Part shown: one piece after another, positions 47,171 to 56,039 of the stretch | How positions within the stretch are numbered: position 1 is the stretch's first letter | Layout: each line of letters begins with the position of its first letter | Origin: Acidobacteriota bacterium | GTDB taxonomy: Bacteria; Acidobacteriota; UBA6911; RPQK01; JAJDTT01 | Length of the DNA: 64,000 nucleotides | Direction of reading: 5' to 3' | NCBI GenBank assembly: GCA_965209055.1 | Contig: OZ242374.1 | Coordinates: forward strand, 2,208,001 to 2,272,000 | Translations under genes and position numbers: made by a program | Notes under the pieces: generated by a model | The model's database searches: none | What the model was told of the DNA's origin: nothing | Seen by the model: only the letters and a program-made list of their open reading frames with translations

Positions 47171-49557
47171 GGTGCGGACCTTTTCATGCGAAACGGCCGA
47201 CTCTTGACGATGCCCAGGATCAGCGCCGACCAGCGGTAGGCGGACGGCGCCGCTTCCCTCATGATCTCACGGATGGCCGGCATGTCATAGTGTTCGACGC
47301 CGCGGCCCACGGCATAGGTCAGGAGCTTCCCGGTCAGATTCTCGACGAATTCCCGGCGGCGGCTCAGAATCAGGCTTCGGAGGTCGGCCGGGCCGTGGAT
47401 CGTGGTCCCGTCCGGCAGGGTGGCCAGGGAATCGATGGGAACGCCGTCCCGGCTCTGGTCCCGCCAGCGGCCGATGGCATCGAAATTCTCCAGCGCGAAG
47501 CCGAGGGGGTCCATCAAGCGGTGGCAACTGGAGCAGGCCGGATTCCTGGAGTGCTGCTCCATGCGCTGCCGCAGCGAGTCGGGACGCGCCGCCTCGCCAT
47601 GTTCGGGCAGTTCCGGCACGTCGGGCGGCGGCGGGGGCACCTTGGTTCCGAGAACATTCTCCAGCAGCCATTTGCCCCTCAGCACCGGCGAGGTGCGAGT
47701 GGCGTACGAAGTGACGGTCAGGACGCTGCCCTGGCCCAACAGGCCCCGGCGCCGCTCATCGTCCAGGTCCACCCTCCGGAACCGGTTCCCATAGACGTGG
47801 GGGATACCGTAGTGCCGGGCCAGGCGTTCGTTGGCGAAGGTGTAGCCGGCGTCCAGCAACTCGGTCACGCTCCGGTCCCGCACCAACTGGCTCTGTAGAA
47901 ACAGCTCCGTCTCCCGCCGGAGCGCCTCCCGCAGATTGTCGTCCCATTCCGGGTACCGGTTCTCGTCCGGCGTGACGGCCCGGAGATTTCGGAGATGCAG
48001 CCACTGGCTTGCGAAGTTCGTCACCAGAGTCCCGGAGCGGGGGTCGGCCAGCATCCTTTGCACCTGGTCGGCCAGGACTGCGGGATCGCTCAGCTTTCCG
48101 CCAATCGCGGCCTCGAGCAGTTCCTCGTCGGGGGCGCTGCTCCAGAGGAAGAAAGACAAGCGGGAAGCCAGATCCAGGGCGCCGAGGTTGAAGGCGGTTG
48201 ACGGAGCCGCCGTCGGAGGGTCCCGCTCCACCCGGAACAGGAACTCCGGATCGACCAGGATCCTTTCCAGCGCCGACTGGATGCCGGTGTCGAAGTCACC
48301 TCGGCTTCGGCCCTGCCGGTAGAACTCGAGCAAGGGATCGACGTCGCCGTTCGTCACCGGGCGGCGGAAGGCGCGCCGGGCCAGGTTGGCCAGGATCCGC
48401 CGGGCGCAGGCCAGCTCGTCCGATTCTCCCTCCGAGAGGGGACGGCAGATGAAGATTCGCCTGCGGCTGGAAGTGTCGCCTGGGCCTTCGACCCGGAAGG
48501 GGCCGTCGATCCGGACGCTGCGCACTCCCGAATCGGAATAGCCGCCTCGGAGACTGCCCACGGGGAGGCGCGCCGGGCCCAAGCCCTCAGGCGCCGGCGC
48601 TCTCCGGAGGAAGGAAACGCCCACGGTCCGGGTCCCGGCGCCGGCCGGAAACCGGACCGTCAGATCCGGAGCCGCCGGCTGACCGTATGCGGAACGGCTC
48701 CCCTGGCCGTCGAGGCGAATGAGGCGGAGCTGCTTCCCGTCCAATCGAACGTCCAGTTGCCGGGGCCGGCTGGTGCGGCGCCGTTGAAGCGAGATCGTCA
48801 TCGCGTACTCGCCGTCGAGCGGGAAATGATGACGGATCGCCAGTCCCCCTCCGGATCCGAACGGAAGCTCCTCGCTCATGCGGCCCGACTGCACCGCCAG
48901 GGGGGAAGTCGTGTACGTGGCGGCTGCCGGTTGCATCGTGGGGTCGCCGACGGCAAGCCGGCTGATTTTCCGGGCCGCCGACAGGTACCTTTCAAGGAGC
49001 AACGGAGAGAAGGAGAGGGAATCGGCGACATTGTCGAAACCGAACGCCGGATCGTCCGGCGGCAACAGCGACGGGCCGTCGATTTCCAGCGCCAGGAGGT
49101 CCCGAATGGCGTTGGCGTATTGCGTCCGGGTCAGGCGGTAGGACGCCGGCCGGCCCGGGTCCGGATTGGCCTCCGCCGCCTTGTCGAGCGCGGACTCCAG
49201 CCAAGCGCTGAACGCCGAGCGGTCCTCAGCCGGCGGACGCGGCATCCCCTGCGGCGGCATCATCCCGGTTCTCAGCTGGCGAACCACCTTCTCCCAGACC
49301 GGGGCGTCATCACCCACCCGGGACAGATCCAGACTGTCGAGCTCGACTCCCGCGGTCTTGAGTTGCCGGTTGTGACAGCTCGTGCAGTTGCGGTCCAGGA
49401 GCGCCCGGTATGGGCTCAGTGACGGCGGGGCGGAAGCGGGAATTTGCGGTTCGAGTCCGGCTCCGGGACTCTCCAAGACACCCTGGCCTGCCGCGTGGAG
49501 ATGAGGGGCGCCGGCCAGGTAGAGTCCCAAACAAACGGCGATTATCCTGGAATTCAT
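47167..49557 (-). CDS. DUF1592/DUF1588-family (PSD1-5) protein with two CxxCH heme motifs
   Basis: CTSCH, MMPP, RLTRTQYANAIRDLL, LASRLSFFLWSS.PD, RTSPVLRGKW, CSSCH, GFALENFDAIGRWR. Confidence 0.9.
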   Translation of the reverse strand: MNSRIIAVCLGLYLAGAPHLHAAGQGVLESPGAGLEPQIPASAPPSLSPYRALLDRNCTSCHNRQLKTAGVELDSLDLSRVGDDAPVWEKVVRQLRTGMMPPQGMPRPPAEDRSAFSAWLESALDKAAEANPDPGRPASYRLTRTQYANAIRDLLALEIDGPSLLPPDDPAFGFDNVADSLSFSPLLLERYLSAARKISRLAVGDPTMQPAAATYTTSPLAVQSGRMSEELPFGSGGGLAIRHHFPLDGEYAMTISLQRRRTSRPRQLDVRLDGKQLRLIRLDGQGSRSAYGQPAAPDLTVRFPAGAGTRTVGVSFLRRAPAPEGLGPARLPVGSLRGGYSDSGVRSVRIDGPFRVEGPGDTSSRRRIFICRPLSEGESDELACARRILANLARRAFRRPVTNGDVDPLLEFYRQGRSRGDFDTGIQSALERILVDPEFLFRVERDPPTAAPSTAFNLGALDLASRLSFFLWSSAPDEELLEAAIGGKLSDPAVLADQVQRMLADPRSGTLVTNFASQWLHLRNLRAVTPDENRYPEWDDNLREALRRETELFLQSQLVRDRSVTELLDAGYTFANERLARHYGIPHVYGNRFRRVDLDDERRRGLLGQGSVLTVTSYATRTSPVLRGKWLLENVLGTKVPPPPPDVPELPEHGEAARPDSLRQRMEQHSRNPACSSCHRLMDPLGFALENFDAIGRWRDQSRDGVPIDSLATLPDGTTIHGPADLRSLILSRRREFVENLTGKLLTYAVGRGVEHYDMPAIREIMREAAPSAYRWSALILGIVKSRPFRMKRSAP

Positions 49558-49638
49558 GAATTCGCGACCGGCTCTTTTCGAAGTATTATGGCGACGGCCC
49601 GCGATGGCCCGCAAGCGCATCGCAAGGGTCCGGCTGAG

Positions 49639-51165
49639 ATGAAAATCCGACCCATCAGAAACCGTGGCTCCCGCCTCCCCGGGCTGCCTGTCGGGCCGGC
49701 GTTCCGTTCCCTCGGTCTTGTCGTCCCGGCGTGCCTGGTGTTGTTGCTCCAGATACCGCTGGCCGCCGCCGGCCGGAGTTCCCCGAATCGTCTGGTGGAG
49801 GCCGCCAAGTCAGGGAATGGCGAGGCTTTGCGATCCCTGCTGGCCGCACGTGCGGACGTGAACCAGCGCCAGGCCGACGGCGCCACGGCACTGCACTGGG
49901 CGGCCCACCGGGACGATCTTGACAACGCGGTCCTGCTGATCGAGTCCGGAGCGGACGTGAAGGCTTCCAACGATCTTGGAGTCCAACCCCTCTGGCTGGC
50001 CTGCATCAACGGGAGCGCCCCCATGGTCAGGGTCCTGCTTGGAGCCGGAGCCGATGCCGACGCCGCTCCCGCCGGCGGCGAGACACCTCTCATGCATGCG
50101 GCCCGAAGCGGTTCGGAGGACGCGGTCAAGCTCCTGCTGCTGCACGGCGCACAGGTGAACGCCAAGACTCCCGGGGAAGAGCAGACGGCGCTGATGTGGG
50201 CGCTTGCGGAGAAACATGCGGAAGTCTCCCGCACTCTGATCGAGCATGGCGCAGAGGTTTCCGCACGTTCCAGGTTCGGCTTCACGCCTCTGCTATTTGC
50301 CGCCCGCGCCGGAGATCTCGACGGCGCACAAGCCTTGTTGGCGGCGGGAGTGGACCCGAATGAGACGGCTTCCGGCGGTGAAAGCGCACTGGTGGTGGCG
50401 ACCGTCCGCGGCCACGTGCCTTTTGCCCTCTGGCTTCTTGAACATGGAGCGGACCCGAACGCCGCCGGCTCGGGCTACACGGCTCTGCATTGGGCCGCCG
50501 GCACCTGGGAGACGGAGATGACCGGCCGCAAGGGGATCGTGGCGCGTCCCGAACACGAGTGGGGCGCCATGCGAGGCCTGCAGGAGGACAAGCTGGAACT
50601 GATTCAGGCGCTGTTGGCGCGTGGAGCCGACCCCGACGCGCGGCTCGTGAAGCATCCCCCGCGGTTCGGCTACACCGCCGACCGGCAACGGCCGGCGGGG
50701 GCGACCCCCTTCCTGCTGGCGGCCATGGCGGGAGACGCCGGTGTCATGGAGGTTCTGGCGAAGGCGGGGGCTTCGCCGCGTCTGGCGACTGACGACGGGA
50801 CGACGCTCCTGATGGCGGCGGCGGGCGTGGGTCGAAACCTGACCGAGAGCCGGGTGACGGAAGAACAATCACTGCGCGCGGTCCGGCTCGCCTTGAAGCT
50901 CGGAGCGGAAGTGAATGCCGCCAACCAGGCCGGGGACACGGCTCTGCACGGCGCCGCCCGCATCAAGTCCCCCGCTCTGGTGCAACTGCTGGTTGACCGC
51001 GGCGCCGAGGTCAACGTGAGCAACCGGGAGGGACTCACGCCGCTGTTCGTGGCCCGGCACTACTTTCATCCCGGTTCTCCGCCGCTTCCGGTCCAAAGTG
51101 AGGCCGCGGATCTGCTGCGCCGGCTGGGCGCCCGGGAGACTCTCTCAGAGGGAGTTCGGGACTGA
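49639..51165 (+). CDS. Exported ankyrin repeat protein
   Basis: Signal peptide; many GATALHWAA/GETPLMHAA/GADVN-type repeats. Confidence 0.92.
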   Translation: MKIRPIRNRGSRLPGLPVGPAFRSLGLVVPACLVLLLQIPLAAAGRSSPNRLVEAAKSGNGEALRSLLAARADVNQRQADGATALHWAAHRDDLDNAVLLIESGADVKASNDLGVQPLWLACINGSAPMVRVLLGAGADADAAPAGGETPLMHAARSGSEDAVKLLLLHGAQVNAKTPGEEQTALMWALAEKHAEVSRTLIEHGAEVSARSRFGFTPLLFAARAGDLDGAQALLAAGVDPNETASGGESALVVATVRGHVPFALWLLEHGADPNAAGSGYTALHWAAGTWETEMTGRKGIVARPEHEWGAMRGLQEDKLELIQALLARGADPDARLVKHPPRFGYTADRQRPAGATPFLLAAMAGDAGVMEVLAKAGASPRLATDDGTTLLMAAAGVGRNLTESRVTEEQSLRAVRLALKLGAEVNAANQAGDTALHGAARIKSPALVQLLVDRGAEVNVSNREGLTPLFVARHYFHPGSPPLPVQSEAADLLRRLGARETLSEGVRD

Positions 51166-51872
51166 ACCTGACCCACCCGGACCGACCTTCATCCATGCCC
51201 CCGGTCAATCAATGAGTCCAGGTCTTGACCTGCCCGTGGAGAAGCTCCGCAATGGTTTTCAGGCCGACCTCCATGCCGCGGTCCCGTAACCAAACCGTTG
51301 GTGCCGGGCCGCGCTTGCGCCAGGCGAGGTGAGGCTTGTAGAGGACAGAGATGTCCCGAGCCGTCCGGATCCAAATCGTCTCGTTGTTGTGGCTGGACTA
51401 ATCTCCGTCTGGTTTCTTCGGAGCCGGGGGGGAACAGGCGGTGCGGCGCATCATTTCACTATTTTCTCACCCGATCCGCCAAAACTTTAACGTCAGATTC
51501 ATTCTGGCTCTGTATCGTTATGGGAGGTGACCTATGGACGCCAACTATGGATGGTGAGGGGACTATGGCAGCTCGCCGGAGGCGGACAAAAGCATCAGGT
51601 TGAGTCCATGGACGACTGAGAATGCGTGAAGTGAACGCCAGGAGGAGGCACTGGGCCAAGCGTTCACAGCACAGGGGAACAAGAGAAGGGTCCGGATATT
51701 CCCATATAGCCGATTTTTACTTCGTGGACCGTGTAACCGACTGAAGTCCCAGAGAATGACAAGGGCCATCCGTCCGGCGCGCGGGTTGTCCCCAGCGGGG
51801 CAGGCCGACTCTGGTGGTCCCTGGCCTATATGGGATTCAGCCGGTCTTGATCATCGCCCGCTCGAACCTGCC

Positions 51873-52415
51873 ATGTGGAGAAGGAAGAAGGCTCCGGAAC
51901 CCTCGATCCCTTCCCTGGACTCCCGTCCTGCAGATCCGGTCCAGACCCATCCCACCGGCGAATCTGCACAGCAAGCCGTCATCGGGGAAGCGCTCGTCCT
52001 GAAGGGGGAGGTCAGCGGCACTCAGGACTTGACGATCCACGGCCGGCTCGAAGGCGGGCTGTCGCTTTCGGGTCACTCCGTCACGGTGGGCCGGGCTGGG
52101 CGGGTCCAAGGCGATATCGTGGCCCGGGTGATTCGGATCGAGGGTCACGTCAAAGGCAACCTTCAAGGAGAAGACCTGGTCTTTCTGGGTCCCTCCGGCG
52201 TGGTCCACGGTGACCTCACCGCGGTCCGGGTCAGTATGGAAAAAGGATGCAAGTTCAAAGGCCATGTCCAGGTCGCTCTCGAAGAACGTCCGGCGAGAGA
52301 ACTTTCCGAACCCCAGATTGTCTCCCCTGTGCCCGGTGAGGAGGACCCCGGCGAAGTCACCCCGCGGAGACGGCGTTTCCGGCGGGAGCCGGGGATTCCC
52401 CGAAGTAGGGGATAG
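51873..52415 (+). CDS. Bactofilin (polymer-forming cytoskeletal protein)
   Basis: MWRRKK N-terminus; VIGEALVLKGEVSGTQDLTIHGRLEG..VGRAGRVQGDI..GCKFKGHV. Confidence 0.9.
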   Translation: MWRRKKAPEPSIPSLDSRPADPVQTHPTGESAQQAVIGEALVLKGEVSGTQDLTIHGRLEGGLSLSGHSVTVGRAGRVQGDIVARVIRIEGHVKGNLQGEDLVFLGPSGVVHGDLTAVRVSMEKGCKFKGHVQVALEERPARELSEPQIVSPVPGEEDPGEVTPRRRRFRREPGIPRSRG

Positions 52416-52482
52416 ATTCAATGCCATCGACACCGTTGCCGTCCCCGCCGGCTCCCGGCGTCCCTTCCTCAGGACAGTGTCC

Positions 52483-52728
52483 TCAATAAAGCCGGCGCTG
52501 TCCGTTTCTGCGCTCGGCCCGTTCCCGGTAGTGGGCGGCCACCAACTGGTGGCGGCAACCCTTGCAAGTCGGCTCGATGACCCGTGTGTCGCGTCCGCAA
52601 CGGACGCAGGACCGGAAGTCCATCCAGCGCAGTAGGGTCTCGGTGACCTTCCCGCAACGCCCGCAGTGCTGGAGCCCGCGCACGGCCCGCAAAGCCCGGC
52701 ATTCGGCACAGGTTCGCTCGAAGCTCAA
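52483..52728 (-). CDS. Small protein with four CxxC motifs (double zinc ribbon-like)
   Basis: TTG after RBS AGGAGA; CAEC, CGRC, CVRC, CKGC in 81 aa. Confidence 0.6.
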   Translation of the reverse strand: MSFERTCAECRALRAVRGLQHCGRCGKVTETLLRWMDFRSCVRCGRDTRVIEPTCKGCRHQLVAAHYRERAERRNGQRRLY

Positions 52729-52817
52729 AGTGTCTTTCTCCTGGCCGGGATGGGTTCGCACTTGTCGCCACAGCGGGGACAGGCGCGCCGATTGCCTTGA
52801 TCCCTGTCAATGACCAT
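52725..52817 (-). CDS. Putative 30-aa Cys-containing peptide
   Basis: MVIDRDQGNRRACPRCGDKCEPIPARRKTL; stop overlaps next start (TTGA). Confidence 0.3.
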   Translation of the reverse strand: MVIDRDQGNRRACPRCGDKCEPIPARRKTL

Positions 52818-52840
52818 TGAAACTCGAACGCAGGGAGAAG

Positions 52841-52925
52841 TGCGAAAGGGGGGACTCGAACCCCCACGGGGAGTAACCCCACCAGATCCTAAATCTGGCG
52901 CGTCTGCCAATTCCGCCACTTTCGC
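52841..52925 (-). tRNA. tRNA-Leu (anticodon TAG)
   Basis: GCGAAAGTGGCGGAATTGGCAGACGCGCCAGATTTAGGATCTGG..long variable arm..GGTTCGAGTCCCCCCTTTCGCA; CCA not encoded. Confidence 0.96.
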
Positions 52926-53021
52926 TTTGTCGGGAACATTCTAACGCAAGCGTACGATCCGCAGAGGTCGTGCCGGCTGCCGGCGGAACACCGTGTGGTA
53001 TTCTCCAATTCTCGGTCGTGG

Positions 53022-53098
53022 CGGGGCATGGCGCAGTCTGGTAGCGCGCCTGCTTTGGGAGCAGGAAGTCGGGGGTTCAAATCCCTCTGCCCCGACCA
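53022..53098 (+). tRNA. tRNA-Pro (anticodon TGG)
   Basis: CGGGGCATGGCGCAGTCTGGTAGCGCGCCTGCTTTGGGAGCAGGAAGTCGGGGGTTCAAATCCCTCTGCCCCGACCA, 77 nt with CCA. Confidence 0.97.
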
Positions 53099-53194
53099 TT
53101 TTCCCGGGGTCGGCCCCATTTCCCGGAGTTGTGCGGCCAACTGCCCGACGCTGGCCGCGCCTTTCGCAGTTGGCATCGTCGTAAATAGAATCCC

Positions 53195-54673
53195 GTGAGA
53201 CCTGCCTGGTTCCCCTGCTGCCTGACTCTTCTCGCCCTCTCGGCGCCGCCGGCGATCCTTGCCGTTGGGACGGGGACCCGTGAGCCAGCAGAAGAGTCCC
53301 GCCTCGTCCATGTCGGTCAACGGGTCGGAGGCTGGGGCCGCATGGGGTCCCTCTTTCTCCACGACAATCGCGTGGTTGCCCGGTCACAGGGCCTCCGGCG
53401 TGTCATGGGAACGGTCAGGAAGCATCCCGGCAACCCGATCCTGGTGGCCGATCGGCCCTGGGAGGCCGGTTTTGTCGGGTACGCCTGCGTGATCTACGAC
53501 GGCGAGGACAAGCTGTACAAGATGTGGTACGAATCCCGCCTCAACCCGGGGCAGCTCCGAGGGCCCAACCTGGAACAGGGGCGCTGCCTCTATGCCACCT
53601 CCAGCGATGGACTGGTCTGGGAGAAGCCAATCCTCGGGATCGTCGAAACCGACGGTTCCCGGGAGAACAACATCGTCTTCGCCGGGCCGGACGGGGCCCG
53701 CAACAAGGTCTACTGGGTGGTCAAGGATCGAGCCGACCCGGATCCGGCCAGACGCTACAAGATGATGTTTCATCTCTGGGACTTCCGGGGCCGCGGGGTG
53801 GGCATCGCCTTCTCGGCGGACGGCCTGCACTGGAAGACCGACGCCCGAGTGAACCTCCACGGGGGATTCGACACCCACAACATCTTTTTCTGGGATGACC
53901 GGGTGGGACAATACGTGGGCTACTTCAGAACCCGGATGCTGGGACGGCGCTTCATCGCCCGCGCCACCAGCCCCGATGCCTTTCACTGGTCCAATCCGGT
54001 GAGCGTACATGGTCCCGACGAGGCCGATCCCCGCGACTTCGACCTCTATACGCCCGGCGTTTTCAAGTACAGCCGCGCCGCGGACACCTATGTGCTCTAC
54101 ACAGCGGCCTTCGATCGGGCCACCGATCGGCTCTTCGGTCAGCTTGCCGTCAGCCGCGACGGTATCGACTGGCAGCGGTTTCGGGTTCCTTTCCTACCCC
54201 TGGGTTCGGATGGGGAGTGGGACGCCGGCTCAATTTATCCCGTACCCTCCCAGGTCTCCGTCGGAGAGGAGACGGCCGTCTACTACCGGGGCGACCATGT
54301 GGGTCACGGTACCGGAGGCCGGCCCGGCATCGGTGTGGCGTTTCTGGATCGGGGAGGATTCGTCGCTTGGGAGGCCGAGACCCGGGGGACTCTCATCACC
54401 CATCCGCTGGCGGTCGGGGGATCACGGGAGACCCTCTACCTGAACGGGGATGCTTCCGGAGGATCGATCCGCGCCGAGTTGCTGGATACGGACGGGGAAG
54501 TCATTCCTGGCTTTTCCCGGCAGGAGAGCCTTCCCATCAGCAGAAGTGGTCCGCGGCTGTTGGTCCGTTGGAAGGGAAAACCGGATCTGGTCGACGCTGT
54601 GCTGCGACCTTTTCGCCTCAAACTGTATCTGGAGCGGGCGCGAGTCTACGGCATCGGTTGTGCCCGGCACTGA
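53195..54673 (+). CDS. Exported Asp-box five-bladed propeller, glycosidase-like hypothetical protein
   Basis: Signal peptide; KHPGNPIL..PWE, YKMWY, ATSSDGLVWEKP, FDTHNIFFWD, VSRDGIDW, GGFVAW, GSIRAELLD. Confidence 0.75.
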   Translation: MRPAWFPCCLTLLALSAPPAILAVGTGTREPAEESRLVHVGQRVGGWGRMGSLFLHDNRVVARSQGLRRVMGTVRKHPGNPILVADRPWEAGFVGYACVIYDGEDKLYKMWYESRLNPGQLRGPNLEQGRCLYATSSDGLVWEKPILGIVETDGSRENNIVFAGPDGARNKVYWVVKDRADPDPARRYKMMFHLWDFRGRGVGIAFSADGLHWKTDARVNLHGGFDTHNIFFWDDRVGQYVGYFRTRMLGRRFIARATSPDAFHWSNPVSVHGPDEADPRDFDLYTPGVFKYSRAADTYVLYTAAFDRATDRLFGQLAVSRDGIDWQRFRVPFLPLGSDGEWDAGSIYPVPSQVSVGEETAVYYRGDHVGHGTGGRPGIGVAFLDRGGFVAWEAETRGTLITHPLAVGGSRETLYLNGDASGGSIRAELLDTDGEVIPGFSRQESLPISRSGPRLLVRWKGKPDLVDAVLRPFRLKLYLERARVYGIGCARH

Positions 54674-54759
54674 CCTGTCGAGAATGCAGGCTGGCCGAAA
54701 CTAAAGGACGGGAGACGATTGAGGGAGGCTTTCGGCAACAGGACTTGGGGGAGGGAGGC

Positions 54760-55554
54760 TTGAAAGTCGATCTTAAGAATCAAGTGGCGTTGGTCACCGG
54801 CGGGGCACAAGGCATCGGGAAGTCGATCTCCAGGCTTCTGGCGGCCAACGGCGCTCAGGTGGCCATCGTGGATCTCGATCTCGATACGGCCGAAAAAACA
54901 GCGGCTGGGATCAGGGAGTCCGGAAGCGCTGCGTTCGCCATAGAGGGAGATGTGAGCCGTTCCGAGCAAATGAAGCGGGCCGTCGACCGGGTGGAGGAGA
55001 AGTGGGGCAAGCTCTCGATTCTGATCAACAACGCCGGAATCAACACCCTTGGCGGACGTGTGCCCATTCACGAGTTCCGGGAGGAAGACTGGAGCCGGAT
55101 CCTGGAGGTGGATCTGACCGGCGTCTACGTCGTCAGCAAGGCTGCGATCCCCGCCCTGCTCCGTAACCGCGGGGGACGTGTCGTCAACATTTCATCCGTT
55201 GCCGGCCTGGTGCCGTTGCGGTTGCAGAGCGCTTTCGTCGCGGCCAAGGCCGGCGTGGTCAATCTGACCCGGTCCATGGCATTGGAACTGGGCCCGCACG
55301 GCATTCTGGTCAACGCGGTGGCGCCCGGTTCCACACTGACCCGGGGGACGAAGAAGCTCTTCTACGGCGCCGATGGCGTCTACACGGAGAACGCCGCGAG
55401 CCTGCTGGCCCATATTCCTCTGGGACGCCCGGCTGAGACGCTGGAAGTGGCCTGGCCGGTGCTCTTTCTGGTTTCGCCGGAGGCGAGCTATGTCAATGGA
55501 GCGGTCCTGACGGTCGATGGTGGATGGACCGCCGGATATACTCGAGACTGGTAG
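54760..55554 (+). CDS. Short-chain dehydrogenase/reductase (SDR)
   Basis: TTG after GGAGG; VTGGAQGIG, LINNAG, VNISS, AFVAAK (Phe at the usual Tyr position of YxxxK), VDGG. Confidence 0.9.
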   Translation: MKVDLKNQVALVTGGAQGIGKSISRLLAANGAQVAIVDLDLDTAEKTAAGIRESGSAAFAIEGDVSRSEQMKRAVDRVEEKWGKLSILINNAGINTLGGRVPIHEFREEDWSRILEVDLTGVYVVSKAAIPALLRNRGGRVVNISSVAGLVPLRLQSAFVAAKAGVVNLTRSMALELGPHGILVNAVAPGSTLTRGTKKLFYGADGVYTENAASLLAHIPLGRPAETLEVAWPVLFLVSPEASYVNGAVLTVDGGWTAGYTRDW

Positions 55555-55582
55555 CCGGGCAAAAGATACGGAGAGATAGCAA

Positions 55583-55999
55583 ATGGCCAAGATCACCGAG
55601 TTCCGGGGATATGAAGGGGAGCCGCCGATTCCGAAACCGGACGAATTGGTGGAGCCCAACATCGTCACCGTGCAGGACGGCGTTCCCGTCAAGTACCCGG
55701 GTTGCGAGGGAATCGGTGTCCGCGTGGTGCATCCCTCCAATCCCAGGGCCCCGGCGGAGAACATGGGAATGGTCATGTTCTTCGTGCCACCCCACGTGGT
55801 CCTGGGAGTGGGCAGCCACCACACCGAGGAGTGCTACGTCATCCTGAAGGGGCAGGGGACCATGACGTTGGCGGGGAAACAGGTCCCGGTGAGTGCGGGG
55901 ACCTTCATTCATCTGCCGCCCTGGTGCGAACACGGCGTCGAGAATACGGGGGACGAGACCATGGAGATTCTCATCTGCACCTCTCCTCCCAATCCCTGA
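55583..55999 (+). CDS. Cupin domain protein
   Basis: SHHTEECYVILKGQG, PPWCEHGVENTG. Confidence 0.85.
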   Translation: MAKITEFRGYEGEPPIPKPDELVEPNIVTVQDGVPVKYPGCEGIGVRVVHPSNPRAPAENMGMVMFFVPPHVVLGVGSHHTEECYVILKGQGTMTLAGKQVPVSAGTFIHLPPWCEHGVENTGDETMEILICTSPPNP

Positions 56000-56039
56000 T
56001 CCAAGTACTGGCGTTGAAATTCTCCTGGAGGAAACAGGT

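Noticed and set aside
51534-51629. Selenoprotein by TGA read-through (MDANYGW-U-GDYG...)
   Set aside because: No redox motif context and no clear SECIS hairpin right after the TGA; kept only as part of the low-confidence sRNA/micro-ORF finding
52841-53098. tRNA-anchored genomic island or prophage
   Set aside because: No integrase and no convincing duplication of either tRNA 3' end noticed; the 9-bp CCTTTCGCA match near 53160 is too short
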